DNA from: a bacterium
GTDB taxonomy: Bacteria > Armatimonadota > Zipacnadia > Zipacnadales > Zipacnadaceae
Direction of reading: 5' to 3'
Assembly: GCA_030615605.1 (NCBI GenBank)
Contig: JAUWYY010000005.1
Coordinates: 43,682 to 107,681 of the forward strand
Length of the DNA stretch: 64,000 nucleotides
The position numbers and the translations under genes are program-made. Shown one piece after another: positions 9,261 through 19,227 of the stretch. The notes under the pieces were generated by a model. The model saw nothing but the letters and a program-made list of their open reading frames with translations. It was not told where the DNA came from and did no database searches. How positions within the stretch are numbered: position 1 is the stretch's first letter; every line of letters starts with the position of its first letter.

Positions 9261-9962
9261 ATGGCCCAAACAGTAGTCGTTGAAAGAACCGAAGAAGATT
9301 CACGGGTAAGCGTCCAAGACGCGGCTGTCCAGCCTATCATTGCAGCCGACGATGTCATCGCACGGCCTCGAGGGTACGGAAGGGCCAAGCGAGTGACGGA
9401 TGTGTTCGCAGCAGCAGCAGGACTCATTGTAACTCTACCCTTGTGGGTGCTTACTGCCCTCCTCATAAAGCTCAGCAGCCGCGGGCCCGTTCTGTTCCGC
9501 CAAGAAAGGCCAGGCAAAGACGGTAAGCCATTCCGGATGCTCAAATTCCGTACTATGGTGCACGATGCAGAAAAAAGACTGCACGAAGTCATTGATATTG
9601 AGGACACTGCTGATCCGCTGATAAGGCTGAAAGACGACCCCAGGGTCACGGGAGTAGGACATCTGCTGCGGGTAACCAGTATTGACGAGCTACCGCAACT
9701 CATCAATGTCTTGCGAGGCGAAATGAGTCTCGTCGGGCCCCGCCCAATCTCCCGACCCTTGCGGGACCCGCGCAATGCGCTTCGGCTCAAAGTCACACCA
9801 GGGATAACTGGCCTCTGGCAGATCTCGGGACGAAAGAACCACAACACAGATTATATGCTCGAGAAAGATATGGAGTACTTGCAGCGGCGTTCGCTCGGCT
9901 TTGACCTACTATTGCTGTTGAAGACTGTGGTCGCCGTCATCAAGGCTGATGGCGCCAGATAG
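9261..9962 (+). CDS. Polyprenyl-phosphate sugar-1-phosphate transferase (bacterial sugar transferase, PglC/WbaP C-terminal domain type)
   Basis: KRVTDVFAAAAGLIVTLPLWVLTALLI TM helix, RPGKDGKPFRMLKFRTM, LPQLINVLRGEMSLVGPRP. These are classic PF02397 motifs. Confidence 0.9.
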   Translation: MAQTVVVERTEEDSRVSVQDAAVQPIIAADDVIARPRGYGRAKRVTDVFAAAAGLIVTLPLWVLTALLIKLSSRGPVLFRQERPGKDGKPFRMLKFRTMVHDAEKRLHEVIDIEDTADPLIRLKDDPRVTGVGHLLRVTSIDELPQLINVLRGEMSLVGPRPISRPLRDPRNALRLKVTPGITGLWQISGRKNHNTDYMLEKDMEYLQRRSLGFDLLLLLKTVVAVIKADGAR

Positions 9963-10623
9963 AAGACATACTGTGAAGACTGAAGAGACCAAAGCTATAA
10001 TTTCAAAACGGCGATGGATGCAAGCCGTAGTGTTGGTAGCCTTGATTGCCACAATGAGCATCGGCTGGCATGAACGGAGAGAGGTATCTGCGGCAGATAT
10101 TCCTCTGGCGCAATTGCCGCAGGAGCTTAGGGGATGGCAGACCGTGCAGGAAGAAGTAAGTCTGTCGGAGGGTGGCGCTTACAGACTGCTCGAGCGCACG
10201 TACGAAAATGGTGACGGATACAGGCTGCACATGACAGTTCAGGCTACGCATACCCGTCTCGGGAGTTTGCGCGATTGGTCGCTGTCGAGTATGGCGGAGG
10301 GTTGGTCAGTCGAGGACGAATCCATTTGGAGCAGCGCTCGGGAATCTGCTGTACGGGCACGGATACAGAGATTGGTCAAGGGCGCGCGTTCCCGGGTAGC
10401 TCTGACCTGGTACACTTCAGCTGAATCTCACGCACCGACCTTGCAGTCGGCTACCTTGAAGGCCTGGCGCGACCGGCTGCTCGGTGGCAAGAAGCCGTGG
10501 GCAAGCTTGTACATGGTAGCGGAGACGACGTCGGACACTGCGGCCGAAGACTCCGTAACGGACTTAGCACAACAGTTGGGGCCTGAGCTGCAACAATTGA
10601 TGTCCGAACTGGGACCGCAGTGA
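9949..10623 (+). CDS. epsI: Exosortase-associated EpsI-family protein
   Basis: N-terminal TM helix followed by LPQELRGW...YRLLERTYENGDGYRLHMTVQ...AEGWSV...RVALTWYTSAES, matching the EpsI pattern (L.GW...L..dyl.RtY.n..g..v.l.vaY......GW.....valYWY). Overlaps the upstream stop by 14 nt. Confidence 0.7.
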   Translation: MAPDRRHTVKTEETKAIISKRRWMQAVVLVALIATMSIGWHERREVSAADIPLAQLPQELRGWQTVQEEVSLSEGGAYRLLERTYENGDGYRLHMTVQATHTRLGSLRDWSLSSMAEGWSVEDESIWSSARESAVRARIQRLVKGARSRVALTWYTSAESHAPTLQSATLKAWRDRLLGGKKPWASLYMVAETTSDTAAEDSVTDLAQQLGPELQQLMSELGPQ

Positions 10624-10685
10624 TAAGGACAGCAAAGTCTTGGGCCGGTTAGCAGCAAGAGTTTCGCACAAGTGAGGCACACCAG

Positions 10686-12392
10686 ATGGCTGTAGACGAG
10701 ACGTCTCAGACCGCACAAAACGCTCGCAGGTCGCACCAGGCGCGAGCCCGCGCTCGGCATCGGGACTTGACTGAAAGGCTCAACGTGTTCGCCAAGGCGG
10801 TTGGCCTGGGCGTGTTGATCGTTCTCATAGGCATAGGCGCCTTTGGGCGATTCTATTCCATTCGGTTTAATGGCCTGGCATCCGCAGACGCTATGGATGC
10901 TGGCCAGATAGCTGAACAGCTACGATATGGGCGCGGTCTATCAACCCGAGTGATCCGTCCTCTTGCACTATCATATGCTGGAGTAAACGAGGACGGCGTA
11001 ATGCCGGAGATGCTGCACGCGCCTTTGTATCCGTTGTTACTGTCCTGGCTATTCAAGGTCCGGGGGGGGGGAGACGCCTCAGTAGTCATGTTTAATGGCC
11101 TGGCCTTCTTACTCACTGGTTGGGTGCTGTATGCCATAGCAAGAAGACTCTGGGAAAAGACCACAGGAGTAGTGGTCGTAATCTTATATTTCGTCAGTGT
11201 GGAGGCATTGGGTAACGTCTTGACTGCCTCCGGAGCATCACTGACTGGGTTGTTGATCACGCTCGCAATATGGGCGGCCTTGCGCCAGCGCGAGACATTG
11301 GAGGCTATCCAAGAACAGAGTCAAGGGCTTACAGACCGTCGGTGGTTTATCGGGCCGGCAATAGTAGGGGGCCTATTTGGGCTAACTTATCTGGCTGGTC
11401 TCGCTTCTTTACTGTTGGTGCTCCCCTTAGCTTTCCTGGCCATCACCCGGGCCCGCCGCCTGCAACAAGCTGCAGTCATGGCAATTGTCGCGCTCGTGGT
11501 GATGGTGCCGTGGTTTGTACACAACTTAGCGGCAACTCACACCCTGTTCCCGGCTTTGTCCACCTACAAACTTCTGACGTACACCGACACTTATCCCGAT
11601 AATTCGGTGTTTCAACAGCTACCCGGCCAGGTGCCATCACCGGCTTCATTCATAGTTGCTCACCCCGGAGAGTTGGTGAAGAAAGTAGCGTGGGGCCTCA
11701 CTCGCCTGTACCGTCCGGTTGCTCGATTGGTTAGCCCATACCTGTTTCCCTTCTTTCTGCTTGGCGGATTGTGGTTCGGGGCCGCCAGTCCAAGGCGAGC
11801 CCTATGGCGAACGGTAATGGCAATGTTGGCCATTCAGGTTCTCACTATCTGCCTATATGAACACAACCTAGAGGCAATTATGCTCTTCACGCCCATAGTG
11901 CTATGCTTGGCCGCTGGAGGTGGTCTGCAAGCCTTGCGGGGCACCGGGGCTTCCCGGCTCTCTCAGGGTCTGGTAATAGGAGCCGTTTTCGCTGTGGTCC
12001 TATTCCCTACTGTAGGCTCCATGGTACTGGGAGGAAGAGTGGAGATAGACCGGTCGGCTGCCAGCCTGGGCCTACTCCGCAAGGGTCTGACGAGCGATGC
12101 GGTGATCGCTACGGACAAAGCGCCGGCAGTGGCTTGGTCCGCAAGTAAGCAAGCAGTGCTACTGCCTAGCAAACCTGAGGACCTGAGAGTGCTGGAAGAG
12201 CAAGGCATCACGGTCGACTACGTCTACTTCTCTCACAAAGTTTTAGGGCCAGAAATTCGGCCCTACTTCCAGCCCTGGCGAAGCGAAAAGGCCGCCGAGT
12301 ATCTGGGCAAACCGTTAGCCATTGGCTACGGAGAAATGCTTTTCGAGCGAAATGACAAGAGAGCCGTAGGAGATGTTGGCTCAACTGGCTAG
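10686..12392 (+). CDS. GT-C fold membrane glycosyltransferase, ArnT/PMT (GT39/GT83)-like
   Basis: About 11 predicted TM helices in the N-terminal two-thirds. A D/E-containing first periplasmic loop (SADAMDAGQIAEQLRYGRG) resembles ArnT/PMT. The C-terminal soluble domain is about 130 aa. Contains a G10 tract. Confidence 0.5.
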   Translation: MAVDETSQTAQNARRSHQARARARHRDLTERLNVFAKAVGLGVLIVLIGIGAFGRFYSIRFNGLASADAMDAGQIAEQLRYGRGLSTRVIRPLALSYAGVNEDGVMPEMLHAPLYPLLLSWLFKVRGGGDASVVMFNGLAFLLTGWVLYAIARRLWEKTTGVVVVILYFVSVEALGNVLTASGASLTGLLITLAIWAALRQRETLEAIQEQSQGLTDRRWFIGPAIVGGLFGLTYLAGLASLLLVLPLAFLAITRARRLQQAAVMAIVALVVMVPWFVHNLAATHTLFPALSTYKLLTYTDTYPDNSVFQQLPGQVPSPASFIVAHPGELVKKVAWGLTRLYRPVARLVSPYLFPFFLLGGLWFGAASPRRALWRTVMAMLAIQVLTICLYEHNLEAIMLFTPIVLCLAAGGGLQALRGTGASRLSQGLVIGAVFAVVLFPTVGSMVLGGRVEIDRSAASLGLLRKGLTSDAVIATDKAPAVAWSASKQAVLLPSKPEDLRVLEEQGITVDYVYFSHKVLGPEIRPYFQPWRSEKAAEYLGKPLAIGYGEMLFERNDKRAVGDVGSTG

Positions 12393-12516
12393 GGTTGCAA
12401 TGAGAGCTACACAAAGGCCGTACGGTTCTTCTCGCGGCGTTGTATGTCGCGGGAGCAACCTTCATCACCGCGGTGAGCAAAGTTGTGCACAACTGACAGA
12501 AAGGAGGTGAGGACTT

Positions 12517-13131
12517 ATGAGACGGTTTAGTATAATGAGCTTCGCCTGCGTAGTCGTACTAGTTGCGCTGGCGGCGGGTACGGGGTACCCCATTATCATC
12601 GAGAACGACACGTACTACTGGCCCCCGGGGACCGTTGAGGGTACCTGTGACCTGAAGGTCGAGGAGGACGTCTACTACATCGACTACGAGCTCTCCGACC
12701 CGGCTGATGCCCTAAATTGGGTGTACTTGACGCCGGGTGACCCAGACGGCAAGTACCTGTACCGATACACCGTTACTCGGGTGAATTGGACCGAGGGTGT
12801 TACGGAGTGGGGCTACGCCATGCCCGGAATTGGGTTTGAGTACGCCAATTCGCCGGTGGGCTGGGCCCCCGGTGGCCCCGCAGGTACTGACGTGGGCTGG
12901 TATGACACGGATGTCGACCCAAACGGGCCCATCGTCGACGCCCTGGATAGCTTCATGATCTGGTCTGACGCCGCGCCGTTCGTCCTGTACGCCGGCACGG
13001 CCACAGGCACCGATGAAGGCACCGTGACTGGAGAGGTCTCCGGGCCGACGCCGGAGCCGATCACCATGGCTCTGCTGGCGCTCGGTCTGCCGCTGGGGCT
13101 CCTCGCTAGCCGACGCAGGAAAGAAGACTGA
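12517..13131 (+). CDS. PEP-CTERM sorting-signal protein (exosortase substrate)
   Basis: N-terminal signal peptide MRRFSIMSFACVVVLVALAAG. C-terminus is PTPEPITMALLALGLPLGLLASRRRKED, i.e. PEP + TM helix + Arg-rich tail. Strong RBS AAGGAGGTGA. Confidence 0.8.
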   Translation: MRRFSIMSFACVVVLVALAAGTGYPIIIENDTYYWPPGTVEGTCDLKVEEDVYYIDYELSDPADALNWVYLTPGDPDGKYLYRYTVTRVNWTEGVTEWGYAMPGIGFEYANSPVGWAPGGPAGTDVGWYDTDVDPNGPIVDALDSFMIWSDAAPFVLYAGTATGTDEGTVTGEVSGPTPEPITMALLALGLPLGLLASRRRKED

Positions 13132-13196
13132 TCTCTTAGCTGAGATATAGTCTTGGGTGCCGTCTGGTTGCCCCGGCGGCACCCAACGTATTCTAC

Positions 13197-14282
13197 ATGT
13201 GCGATGTTGCATGGGAGCACAGACTGTTCGAGTTCTGTAAGCTGTATACGATGAAGATACCCGATTATATCAAGCAAAACCGCCTGGCAATTGCCTGGGC
13301 AGGCGCAGTGGCAGTACTGCTCGTGGGGATGTACTGGGAAGCCGGCTCAGTGTTTGTCAGACGCTGGCTCGGCGAATCCGCATACTACCACTGCATGGCG
13401 GTGCCCGCCATTGCCGGCTGGCTGCTGTGGCGGCGCTGGGAGCGTGTGGTGGACGCCGAGCGAAAGACGTGGTTGCTAGGTTTCGTGCTGCTGGGCTTTG
13501 GGTTGCTTATGTACCTGGGATACGCACGAACCGGTGTGCGTATGGCCGCCGGGGTAGCGTTTCCTGTCATCCTGGCGGGCATCGTGGGCGCCGTCTATGG
13601 TCGCCGGCTGTTGAAGATTACGGCTGTGCCTATTGGCTTGCTGATCTTCGCAGTTCCCTTTCCGGAGCACGCTATTGGCATGGTTGCCATGCCCATGCAG
13701 AAGATTTCGGCTGTTATTACGGGAAAAGTAGCGCCTCTGCTGGGCCTGCAGGTGGTGCAACAGGGCATCAACCTGGATCTGCATGGATTTAGTTTCGTGG
13801 TCGCCGAGGAATGCAGTGGCATGCATTCTCTGGTGGCTTTGCTACTTACTGGAGTGGTGCTGGTCGAACTGTCGCAACTTCACAAATACCGTAAAGTCAT
13901 CTCTATTGCAGTCATTCTGCCTATCGTATTGCTGGCGAACGTAGTGCGACTCACTGTAGTGCTCTTGCTCGCCGAGTACTTTGGTCCCGAGCTAGCCCTG
14001 GGTGCGATGGTGCATGGCTTCTCGGACATCATAGTCTACCTTGCAGCGATGCTCGGTTTCATTCTGTTTATTGGCTGGCTGTATGAACATCAGACCAAGC
14101 CACAATCTGGAGACATGCCGTCGTCACCCCCTAGGGCTCCAGGGGGACTTGTGGTTCATGTTCCCGACGAACTGCTGGGTTACTACGAAGTAGCGAAAGC
14201 TGGCGCTTCTCAGCTCGGCGAAGAGCTGGTAGGGAGTAGCCGGTCGGGCGCGAAGAGTCAGACCGAGGAGGCCCGGCAATGA
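13197..14282 (+). CDS. Exosortase (Xrt/EpsH family transmembrane transpeptidase)
   Basis: Polytopic membrane protein with the exosortase active-site motif VVAEECSGMHSL (conserved Cys). Alternative start at 13251 (MKIPDY). Sits next to a PEP-CTERM gene and near EpsI. Confidence 0.85.
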   Translation: MCDVAWEHRLFEFCKLYTMKIPDYIKQNRLAIAWAGAVAVLLVGMYWEAGSVFVRRWLGESAYYHCMAVPAIAGWLLWRRWERVVDAERKTWLLGFVLLGFGLLMYLGYARTGVRMAAGVAFPVILAGIVGAVYGRRLLKITAVPIGLLIFAVPFPEHAIGMVAMPMQKISAVITGKVAPLLGLQVVQQGINLDLHGFSFVVAEECSGMHSLVALLLTGVVLVELSQLHKYRKVISIAVILPIVLLANVVRLTVVLLLAEYFGPELALGAMVHGFSDIIVYLAAMLGFILFIGWLYEHQTKPQSGDMPSSPPRAPGGLVVHVPDELLGYYEVAKAGASQLGEELVGSSRSGAKSQTEEARQ

Positions 14283-15442
14283 AGATCGCCATGCTGGGTG
14301 TCAAGGCAGTCCCTTGTGCGGGTGGGATCGCAGCGTATGCCGAGCAACTCGGCAAGCGACTTGTGGAGCGAGGCCATGAGGTAACGGTCTACTGCCGCCG
14401 CCAGTATCTTGACGGCGACGCTGGTTCTTCAGCTCTTCGGCCACATAACGGACTGAGGCGCAGAGCCACACCGGGACTACGCGGCAAGTACCTGGATGCC
14501 GTCACCCACACTTTCACCGCCGCGCTCGATTCACTGTGGCAGGACTACGATATCATTCATATTCACGGCTCTGCCCCAGCAGTGGTGGCACCGTTGCTGC
14601 GATTGCGTCCCGGCCGCCGCTTGGTTGTCACGATTCATGGTGTGGACTGGCAGGGAGGCAAATGGGGTCCCTTGGCGACGGGGGGCATGAGAATTGCAGC
14701 AAACACGCCAGTTCGGTTTGCCCACGAACTCACTGTAGTCTCCCAGGGTCTGCAACAATTCTACCGGGACAACTTCGGACGAGAGACGACCTACATACCG
14801 ACCGGGGTTGAGCTGCCCGAAATCCTGCCCCCGCGTGAGATCAGGGACACGTGGAATCTGGATACTGACGACTACTTGCTCTTTGTAGGCCGCCTCACGC
14901 CGGAAAAAGGCCTGCAATACCTGCTATCAGCCTATGAGACCCTTGATACTGAGAAGAAACTGGTGATAGTTGGAGACGCTAACTTCAAGGATTCCTATGT
15001 AGACGATTTGAGAAAGCTCGCGACGGATGATGTGATATTCACTGGCTATCGCAAGGGTCGTACTCTTACGGAGCTTTTCTCGAACGCATATCTGTACGTA
15101 CAGCCCTCAACATTGGAGGGCATATCGGTGGCTGTGCTTGAGGCCCTCAGTTACGGCCGTTGTGTGTTGGCCAGTGATATTCCGGGCAACCAGGAAGTCC
15201 TAGGAGAATGCGGCCATACCTTCCAGGCGGGCAATGTAGACGACCTGCGCCGCAAGCTAGCGATGCTCGTGGATGATCCGGACTTAGTCGCAGCTCAGTA
15301 CGGCGCAGCCAGAGACTATGTACGCTACGAGCACAACTGGGAGACGACCACTGACCAATTTGAGGGGCTCTACCGTCGGGTAGTAGGCGAAGACCTAAGG
15401 GATGTGACGAGTAAGAGTGCCGTAACAGCGAAGGTAGAATAG
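14279..15442 (+). CDS. Glycosyltransferase family 4
   Basis: MKIAMLG...GGIAAYAEQLGKRL N-terminal GT-B domain. EGISVAVLEALSYGRCVLASDIPGNQEV motif. ATGA overlap with the exosortase stop. Confidence 0.85.
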   Translation: MKIAMLGVKAVPCAGGIAAYAEQLGKRLVERGHEVTVYCRRQYLDGDAGSSALRPHNGLRRRATPGLRGKYLDAVTHTFTAALDSLWQDYDIIHIHGSAPAVVAPLLRLRPGRRLVVTIHGVDWQGGKWGPLATGGMRIAANTPVRFAHELTVVSQGLQQFYRDNFGRETTYIPTGVELPEILPPREIRDTWNLDTDDYLLFVGRLTPEKGLQYLLSAYETLDTEKKLVIVGDANFKDSYVDDLRKLATDDVIFTGYRKGRTLTELFSNAYLYVQPSTLEGISVAVLEALSYGRCVLASDIPGNQEVLGECGHTFQAGNVDDLRRKLAMLVDDPDLVAAQYGAARDYVRYEHNWETTTDQFEGLYRRVVGEDLRDVTSKSAVTAKVE

Positions 15443-15489
15443 GATCAAACGCTGCCCGGACGGGGACCGGGATCCGGAGGTGTTCAGTC

Positions 15490-16860
15490 GTGAGAATATC
15501 GGTCATAGGCGCGGGGTACGTAGGTTTAGTGCTGGGAAGCTGTATGGCAGAGAGCGGGGTGGATGTCGAGCTGATAGATATTGACCACGGTCGCGTCCGC
15601 CTTCTGAACAAGGGAATGGTCCCCCTGCACGAGCCTGGACTAAAGGAATTGCTTGTATCCAACCTGGAGGCGGGCGGTATTGCGTTTACTGCCTCTTATC
15701 CCAAAGGACTGCGTGGTGCGCAGGTCGCCTTTGTGGCGGTGGGCACTCCTCCGTTGCAAGACGGAGGTGCAGACCTCAGCGGTGTCAAGGCAGCCGCCGC
15801 AGAAGTTGCCCGCTATGCTGCTGCTGATTTAGTTTTGGCGATTAAGAGCACAGTCCCGGTGGGGACTGCATCGCAAGTTCGACAGCTACTCGCCGATGAG
15901 GGGCGCACCGACATCGAAGTCATCTCTAACCCCGAATTTCTCCGCGAAGGCCGAGCAGTTGAAGACTTCCTCCATCCTGACCGTGTGGTAATCGGGACCA
16001 ACTCCGCAGAAGCTGCCCGGCTTATGAAGTCTCTATATCGGCGCTTCTTGGATTCTGACATCCCTGTTATGGTCATGGACAATGCCTCGGCCGAGATGAC
16101 CAAATATGCCTCCAACGCTTTTCTGGCTACCCGGATATCATTTGTCAATGAAATAGCCAACATTTGCGAGCACGTGGAGGCAAATGTTGACGATGTGGTT
16201 CGAGCCATGGGCGCAGACCGGCGCATAGGTAGCCATTATCTATATCCTGGTTGTGGCTACGGCGGATCGTGTTTCCCTAAGGACGTACAAGCCCTTATCA
16301 ATATGGCCAATGGTAACCGATATGCAGCCAGTCTGCTTTCTTCTGTTCACCAGACCAATATTAACCAGAAGCGGCGGTTGGGTGAGAAGATCGCTGACTA
16401 CTTTGCCGGTACGCTGCGGGGCCGGATGATCGGCGTGTGGGGACTGTCGTTCAAAGAAAACACTGATGATGTTCGTGAATCGCCGAGTTTAACACTAATA
16501 GACTACCTAGTTGGAAAAGGTGCTCGTGTTCAGGTATTTGATCCTGCCTCGCTGCACCGCGTACCCGATATCTTCCCCGATGGCGTGACTGCATGCCGCG
16601 ATCAATATGACGCCGTACGCGATGCGGACGCCCTTGCAGTGGTAACGCCGTGGGAACAGTTCCGCAGCCCCGATTGGGAACGAGTGAAATCGCTGCTGAA
16701 ACATCCTGCAGTGTTCGACGGCCGCAACCTCTATGATCCTGATCAGTTGATGGATATGGGCTTCGCTTACGATGGCTTCGGTCGCCCCAATGGACATCAA
16801 ATTCGACCTGTGTTACAGGATAGCGATCTCGTAGATACTCAGCTCATCACTCAAGGATAG
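15490..16860 (+). CDS. ugd: UDP-glucose 6-dehydrogenase
   Basis: GTG start after GGAGGTG. MRISVIGAGYVGLV Rossmann motif. Catalytic GYGGSCFPKD motif. Confidence 0.9.
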   Translation: MRISVIGAGYVGLVLGSCMAESGVDVELIDIDHGRVRLLNKGMVPLHEPGLKELLVSNLEAGGIAFTASYPKGLRGAQVAFVAVGTPPLQDGGADLSGVKAAAAEVARYAAADLVLAIKSTVPVGTASQVRQLLADEGRTDIEVISNPEFLREGRAVEDFLHPDRVVIGTNSAEAARLMKSLYRRFLDSDIPVMVMDNASAEMTKYASNAFLATRISFVNEIANICEHVEANVDDVVRAMGADRRIGSHYLYPGCGYGGSCFPKDVQALINMANGNRYAASLLSSVHQTNINQKRRLGEKIADYFAGTLRGRMIGVWGLSFKENTDDVRESPSLTLIDYLVGKGARVQVFDPASLHRVPDIFPDGVTACRDQYDAVRDADALAVVTPWEQFRSPDWERVKSLLKHPAVFDGRNLYDPDQLMDMGFAYDGFGRPNGHQIRPVLQDSDLVDTQLITQG

Positions 16861-17037
16861 TCGGGGCATCTATGCGAGTGCCGTGTTTGGATGGTAAAAC
16901 TAATGCTAAGAGTCGTCAGAAGAAGAATACTGTCAGACTTGGGGGAGTACTGACGAGGCTATCGTGACTTGGTGAGTTAGCACCTTTTGGAATGTGGGAA
17001 CCAAGTCCCAATAGCCGAGAATGGAGGATATGGTGCG

Positions 17038-18369
17038 ATGAAATTGATTTCGAGATTGAAGAATCGGGACGCGCAGATCGGTGTCATTGGCCTCGGTTAC
17101 GTGGGACTCCCCCTGGCCATGGAGTTTGCCAAAGCGGGATTCCAGGTGCACGGAGTGGACACCAGTGAAGAAGTCGTAAGACGAGTTAAGGAGTGCTGCC
17201 CCGCGTGCAAGGATGTCTCTCCGGAACTGCTAGCCAAACTGATTGCAGCCGGGCGTTTTGAACCTACGACTGACTACGATGCATTGCGGGATTGCGACGC
17301 AATATGCATTTGTGTGCCGACACCTCTTGCCGCCGATCGAGAACCGGATCTCTCGTTCGTGGAGTCCGCCTCGCGGGAAATTGCGGCCCGTCTCCGCGCT
17401 GACCAACTGGTAGTGCTGGAGAGTACAAGTTACCCTGGGACGACTGCCGAGGTTGTGCTGCCCATCCTGAGTAGCAATGGTCTCGCTGTCGGACAGGACT
17501 TTTTCCTGGGCTACTCGCCGGAGCGTGTGGACCCCGGTAATAAGACGTACACGGTCAAGAATACACCCAGATTGGTTGCCGGCATAACGCCCCCATGCTT
17601 GGAGGCTACCGTCACCCTTTACTCCCAAATAGTAGACCAGGTGGTGGAGGTCTCCAGCCCGGCGGCTGCCGAGATGGCCAAGCTCTTGGAGAACACGTTC
17701 CGTGCTGTGAATATTGCCCTGGTAAACGAAGTAGCGTTGCTCTGCGACCGGCTCGGCTTGAACGTGTGGGAGATCATTGAGGCAGCGGCGACTAAGCCCT
17801 TTGGCTTCATGAAATTCACTCCTGGTCCTGGTGTCGGCGGCCATTGCATCCCCGTGGACCCGCACTACCTGTCCTGGAAGGCCCGGCAGCACGGCTTTAA
17901 TACCAGGCTTGTGGACGTAGCGACTCAGGTAAACGCACAAATGCCAGAGCATGTTACACATAAGGTGGCCGCGGCTCTCAGCGAGCACGGAATACCCATT
18001 GACCAGGCCAGCGTCCTGATACTAGGAGTGGCCTATAAGCCTGATGTCGGGGATGTCCGGGAAACGCCGGCTGCCGGCATAATCGAGGGATTGGCACAAA
18101 AGGGTGCAAAAGTGACCTACCATGATCCCTTCGTGCCTGAGTTTTCGGCGAATGGCTACAGAATGCACTCTCAACAGATGACCGAGGAATTGTTGGCCAG
18201 TTCGGATTGTGTTGTTTTGGTGACCAACCACTCAGCATATTCCCACGGGAGGATAGCTGAGAAAGCGAAAATACTGATCGACACACGAAACTCGGTCAAG
18301 AGCTGCAATGGGCGGACGACCGAGAACGTCATCTCGATGTATGAGGTAACTGGGCAAGGGCAGGGGTAA
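17038..18369 (+). CDS. UDP-N-acetyl-D-glucosamine / -mannosamine 6-dehydrogenase (WbpA/WecC/TviB family)
   Basis: IGVIGLGYVGLPLA Rossmann motif. GVGGHCIPVDP catalytic-Cys motif typical of UDP-HexNAc dehydrogenases. Start at MKLISRLK after GGAGGA. The longest ORF starts at 16987. Confidence 0.85.
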   Translation: MKLISRLKNRDAQIGVIGLGYVGLPLAMEFAKAGFQVHGVDTSEEVVRRVKECCPACKDVSPELLAKLIAAGRFEPTTDYDALRDCDAICICVPTPLAADREPDLSFVESASREIAARLRADQLVVLESTSYPGTTAEVVLPILSSNGLAVGQDFFLGYSPERVDPGNKTYTVKNTPRLVAGITPPCLEATVTLYSQIVDQVVEVSSPAAAEMAKLLENTFRAVNIALVNEVALLCDRLGLNVWEIIEAAATKPFGFMKFTPGPGVGGHCIPVDPHYLSWKARQHGFNTRLVDVATQVNAQMPEHVTHKVAAALSEHGIPIDQASVLILGVAYKPDVGDVRETPAAGIIEGLAQKGAKVTYHDPFVPEFSANGYRMHSQQMTEELLASSDCVVLVTNHSAYSHGRIAEKAKILIDTRNSVKSCNGRTTENVISMYEVTGQGQG

Positions 18370-19227
18370 GGAGAATGGCGCACTCGCAGGCTGTATCTGC
18401 GGCGCTGGCGGTGGAGGCTGCATGACGATGTTCTGCAGGCCCGGAGCCCAGCGCGCCGTCATCGCCGCCTTAGAAGATCTTGGCGCCGAGCACATCCCCT
18501 ACAGCGTTGACACGGATGGCCTGAACGTCCGGGTGAGGGAGAAGTCCACTCACGCCCTGCGGACGACCCTGGCAGGTGCGCCCATTGATAGCAGTGCTTG
18601 GCAGCCTGTTCCACACTAGGCTAAGCCTCTGACGCAATTGTGTGTCCTCGACAGATTCTCCCCCGTTAACTGTCAATGTAGCATTCTACGACAGCAACTA
18701 CCATGCCTCTGGCACATATTGCACATCTTTGCGGTGTACTATTGGTAACGAAGACCCCCTGGCTTGCGTATCCTCTTCTATATCCCATTAACTGTCTTAC
18801 TGTCTGAACCAGACCGCTGGTGAGCAGCAGCAGCCTCACTTGCGCTAACCTCGTTACGTCGCGCGCCATTATCGCTCTTAGATCGCAATAATCTCCTGCA
18901 CCGTGGCCTCACGGCTGCGCCTTATGTTTTCCTGAGAATAACACGAAGTAAAGTTTAGCTATCTAAGTAAAGGGTAAAATACACTCGCCGATACATGTTG
19001 ATAGACGAACATGTGAAGTCGCTGCGAGCAGGAACCTTGTGATAGGACCTTGCGGAACCAGGGACGAGCATACTATCAACAAGTTGCAACAGCACAGTAA
19101 ACTGTCCCTCAAATTCCGCAGGCCGGCCTTAAGAAGCTTCGGTTGGTGCCCTATACAAATAGTGACAAACACCGGGGGAAATCAATATGTTACCGAACAC
19201 ACATTGATAAGGCGATGAATGAGATAA

